Assembly (NCBI GenBank): GCA_965637545.1 | Contig: OZ281500.1 | Span: 7,750,001 to 7,814,000 of the forward strand | DNA: 64,000 bases | Origin: Phallusia mammillata | Taxonomy: Eukaryota | Direction of reading: 5' to 3' | Shown here: positions 61,045 to 64,000 of the stretch, piece by piece | Position numbering within the stretch: the stretch's first letter is position 1 | How the letters are laid out: every line of letters begins with the position of its first letter | Notes under the pieces: model-generated | Database searches by the model: none | Told to the model about the DNA's origin: nothing | The model's input: the letters and a program-made list of their open reading frames with translations, nothing else | Program-made: the position numbers and the translations under genes

Positions 61045-62784
61045 GGACTACGATCCCAACTTTGCCACCAATGCTACAACGGACCCTAAGAAAATTGTAC
61101 CAAAAATTCAGATGTTTGAGTAGTTGAATCACAAGGGCCTCTTTCGCAAACTGCTGCTACTTGTCTAAAGGTCTACAGTGGAAGCGTTTCTAATGAATCT
61201 ACACACGCAAGAATGCTAACAAAATGACAAACTATGCACAAAGAGAAACTTCTTCAGCATTTTTCATATAGACAGCTTTCTATTGTTTCAAGAGCCTCAG
61301 CTAAACGCACCAGCTTATTATTCATAAACTGCATCTCAGGCCTTATAATAAATAGAGAACCAATTTTCTTCTTGCTTTAATTCACAATAAGGTGTTGAAT
61401 TTTCATATCCTGGTCTGCGTTACGGGCTCGACCTGCAGTAGCATGTGCCAGTCGTTTGTGCTGCACCAGGCTGATGACGAGGGCAATGTTGCAGCAGGAA
61501 GCCTACGTTTCCCGTACGTAACACAACAGCAGCAGTTGTGTCATCAGGGGCAGGCCGACTGCACGAAGTGGTACCATGCCAGACATAAGCGAGACGAAAT
61601 TTCCAATTATAAATTTGTCTGTCTAAGTCAGAATTTTAATTCCAGTATTAATCTCATAGGGTTTGTATTTTAAAGAAACTCAAATGTCTGAAATTCTCAG
61701 CGTGCAGACAGACAATAACTACGGCGATAAATTAAAATATTGTATCTTAAACATGACAAAACCTCGTGAAGTTTCTGTTTTAAATGCTGCATCTTCAGTC
61801 AACGTTCCCAAACAAGCTCTCTTGGTACCTTCGTTTACTTCCTTCAACTACACACAGAATTCTTCACCTCTGATGCTATTTCTCGGTACTGCGCAGTTCA
61901 TTACATCCACATTACCAGGCTAGCTACAAGATCGACCTAATTGTTTCACCAAACATAGACGGCTCTTTTGCGAGCTTGTCATGGTGATAATGATGATTAC
62001 CGACTGCAGTCACACGCCAGATATCATATTTCAAATGCGGATGGCAGCGGCGGGAACACAACGTGAACTAGCTGTGCCACCAACATAGGCTCTAGCTTTA
62101 AACTGCTAGTTTAAGATAGATTTTCTAACAAGTACATTATCGTCATTCGCAGAGGAATGTTCTCAACTTTCCGCGTGTATCAATCGCAAAATCACAAGTA
62201 GAGCGCTGCGCGCCACACTTGGTGGGTAAACTTTAATATTATCGGGCGTAACTCCAGTGGACTGCATTGCACGTATTTGTATGTTAACAATTGTGAAAGT
62301 TTCGGGAGGATTGACAACTGTCACGCGCTGGCCAGTGGCCTGTTGCCGCTGCAGGCTGGCAAGTCACGTTCTACGCAAACAGCGGCACTCAGCCAAGCAT
62401 CAATGGAAGGAAACGACAGTTGGCGCTTCGGAGAAACCCAACGCAAGTCCGGGCTTTCTACCCTACTATGCTGCGAGTTTACAATAGCTACCTTGTCGAG
62501 GCTAGTTTTTGTCGCACCGTTTCAGGTGAAATACACGCAACACGGTGATTAACGTGCAATTTGATTGGTGGTAACATAAACTCTTCCGATGCAACCAGAG
62601 TCCTATCCTGTATAGTGCAGCACCGCGGTTAGGGGCGTGCATGGACTACTGTTCGAACTTCGCGCTGTTTCACCGACAGATTTCCACGCATTGTAAAAGT
62701 AAGACCCAACCTGTGGTCCAAATAACGCTAGAGAAAACCAGAAATTACCATCCAAGACTGGGTTGGGTTTGAATTTGTGTAAAG

Positions 62785-62959
62785 CAGTGCTTCCTAACCT
62801 GGAATTCGCGCCCCCTATAGTAGGCCTAGGGTATGTTTGCTAGGTGCCCGTGAAGGCAAACAAGTTCTAGTTTCCGAAGAGAGCTTTAGGTAAACTTCAC
62901 GCAGGGATCTATCACACTAATATATTTTTTCGGTGCTACCTAAAGGTTGGAAACCACTG
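62785..62959. mobile_element. Degenerate hAT MITE
   Basis: Termini CAGTGCTTCCTAACCT / AGGTTGGAAACCACTG; no TSD. Confidence 0.6.
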
Positions 62960-63474
62960 GTAATCCTATTCTTGGCGTATACTGTAACCTTTACAAGTCT
63001 TGGTGTAAGCAGTAAGCAATGAGTTTCCGAAGATTGTAGCAAAAACAGCGCTATTAAAGTTTTGTTTGAAAGGCAATTCGGTCCAGAAAACTAAACTGTC
63101 CGTGTAGCTTCATAGTGACCTGTATGCATAAATCTCTTTATAAGTGATCCCAACATTTAACATGTAACCCAAGCATGTTTTCACATAAACTTTGACAAAA
63201 AATCTTTTAGACAATAATAGCGCAAACAACAAACCGAGATTTCTCCACCTTGTGTGATCACCACACAATACATCTGCCTTTCGAAAAAGCAGTAACGTTT
63301 ATCGAGAGGTAGGAACATTTTCCAAAAACGTTTTTGTTCATATTTCATTCTTCGGCGCCATCGACTGCTACACATCTAACACCTAAAGCGGGTATAGAGA
63401 AAAAATAACGAAAAGGAACAAAATCTGCCAATTGCATAAATAAACCCTGAAACGAAGGGCTTCACCAAATAAGG

Positions 63475-63644
63475 TCACAGTCCATTGTAGGCTGGACCAC
63501 CACCCCCTTCAGGGCAGACCCAGTTGATGTTCTGACTGGGATCCTTGATATCGCATGTCTTACAGTGAACGCAGTTTTGTGCATTGATCTGTAATCGCAT
63601 CTCACCCTCTTCACCGCCCTCAAGCGGAACGTACTCGTACACGC
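63475..63644 (-). CDS. ETFDH: Electron transfer flavoprotein-ubiquinone oxidoreductase, last exon (5'-partial)
   Basis: Acceptor at 63645; [47 protein letters not shown] is the 4Fe-4S C-terminus of ETF-QO (not the frame shown in the ORF track). Confidence 0.95.
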
Positions 63645-63889
63645 CTGTAATACATGTGTTGCTTCATGAGTCAAGTTTCGATGTATTAGGCCGATGTTTT
63701 TTCGGTTGTATGTTTTAATAGTACACGAGCTGCAAGCAAAAAAGTCAAAATCATCTGTACGTTCAACTTGAAAAAGTTTCAGGGTCTGTGGGATCGTTTC
63801 AATGATTTTGTGAAGTGTATTTAAAATTGCCCATATTATTTTGCTTGGAGAAGTTTTTAGAATATACACTACAAATGAATACTCTTCAT

Positions 63890-64000
63890 TAGGGATGGGC
63901 CGAGCCGAGCCAGAACCCGAGTACTCGGTACCGAGCATCGCTGGTTTTAATGCTCGGTGCTCGGCCGAGCAGTTGCACAAACTGACCCGAGCGTTAAATT
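63890..64000. mobile_element. hAT (Ac-like) MITE left end in an ETFDH intron, running off the window
   Basis: TAGGGATGGGC terminus with CCGAG/GTACCGAG repeats like those in 5543-5970. Confidence 0.7.

Noticed and set aside
63462-63980. 172-aa ORF as a novel protein
   Set aside because: A shadow frame spanning a MITE, an intron and the ETFDH last exon
1-64000. CRISPR arrays or prokaryotic defence systems
   Set aside because: Spliced eukaryotic locus; the direct repeats are two-copy duplications or MITE subterminal motifs without unique spacers

Overview
AT-rich, intron-dense animal genomic DNA. An invertebrate chordate (ascidian-like) origin is inferred from gene content, short GT-AG introns, dense hAT MITEs and mosaic CpG depletion; it cannot be verified from the sequence alone. 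I assembled eight protein-coding loci by hand from splice sites and reading phase. Minus strand: a secreted PLA2-domain protein whose C-terminal extension runs off the left edge (1-2753); SPC24 (6655-7379); cyclin I (10636-16477); two tandem secreted vWA/Sushi paralogs, a long one with about 19 EGF repeats and an unassigned C-terminal domain (19820-40640) and a short one (42155-46293); a KLHL24-like BTB-BACK-Kelch gene (54647-61044); and the last exon of ETFDH (63475-63644). Plus strand: a CNBD2-like cyclic-nucleotide-binding gene (48429-53917). About a dozen hAT-type MITEs are present, many with 8-bp target-site duplications and one nested, plus a fold-back element and a probable Helitron end. 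No rRNA, intact tRNA or CRISPR array was found. The most unusual observations: (1) an intact C2H2 zinc finger sits in frame just behind a stop codon in CNBD2-like intron 1, with its own in-phase splice donor; (2) the vWA paralogs share a conserved WSRGLAxPPWRP peptide, an Asp-to-Asn MIDAS change and a CxxxxC insert, and are arranged like variable and constant cassettes; (3) the PLA2 gene has a splice-or-stop switch; (4) a perfect poly-T-flanked copy of a partial exon lies inside its own gene; (5) cyclin I has a candidate CpG-rich poison exon.
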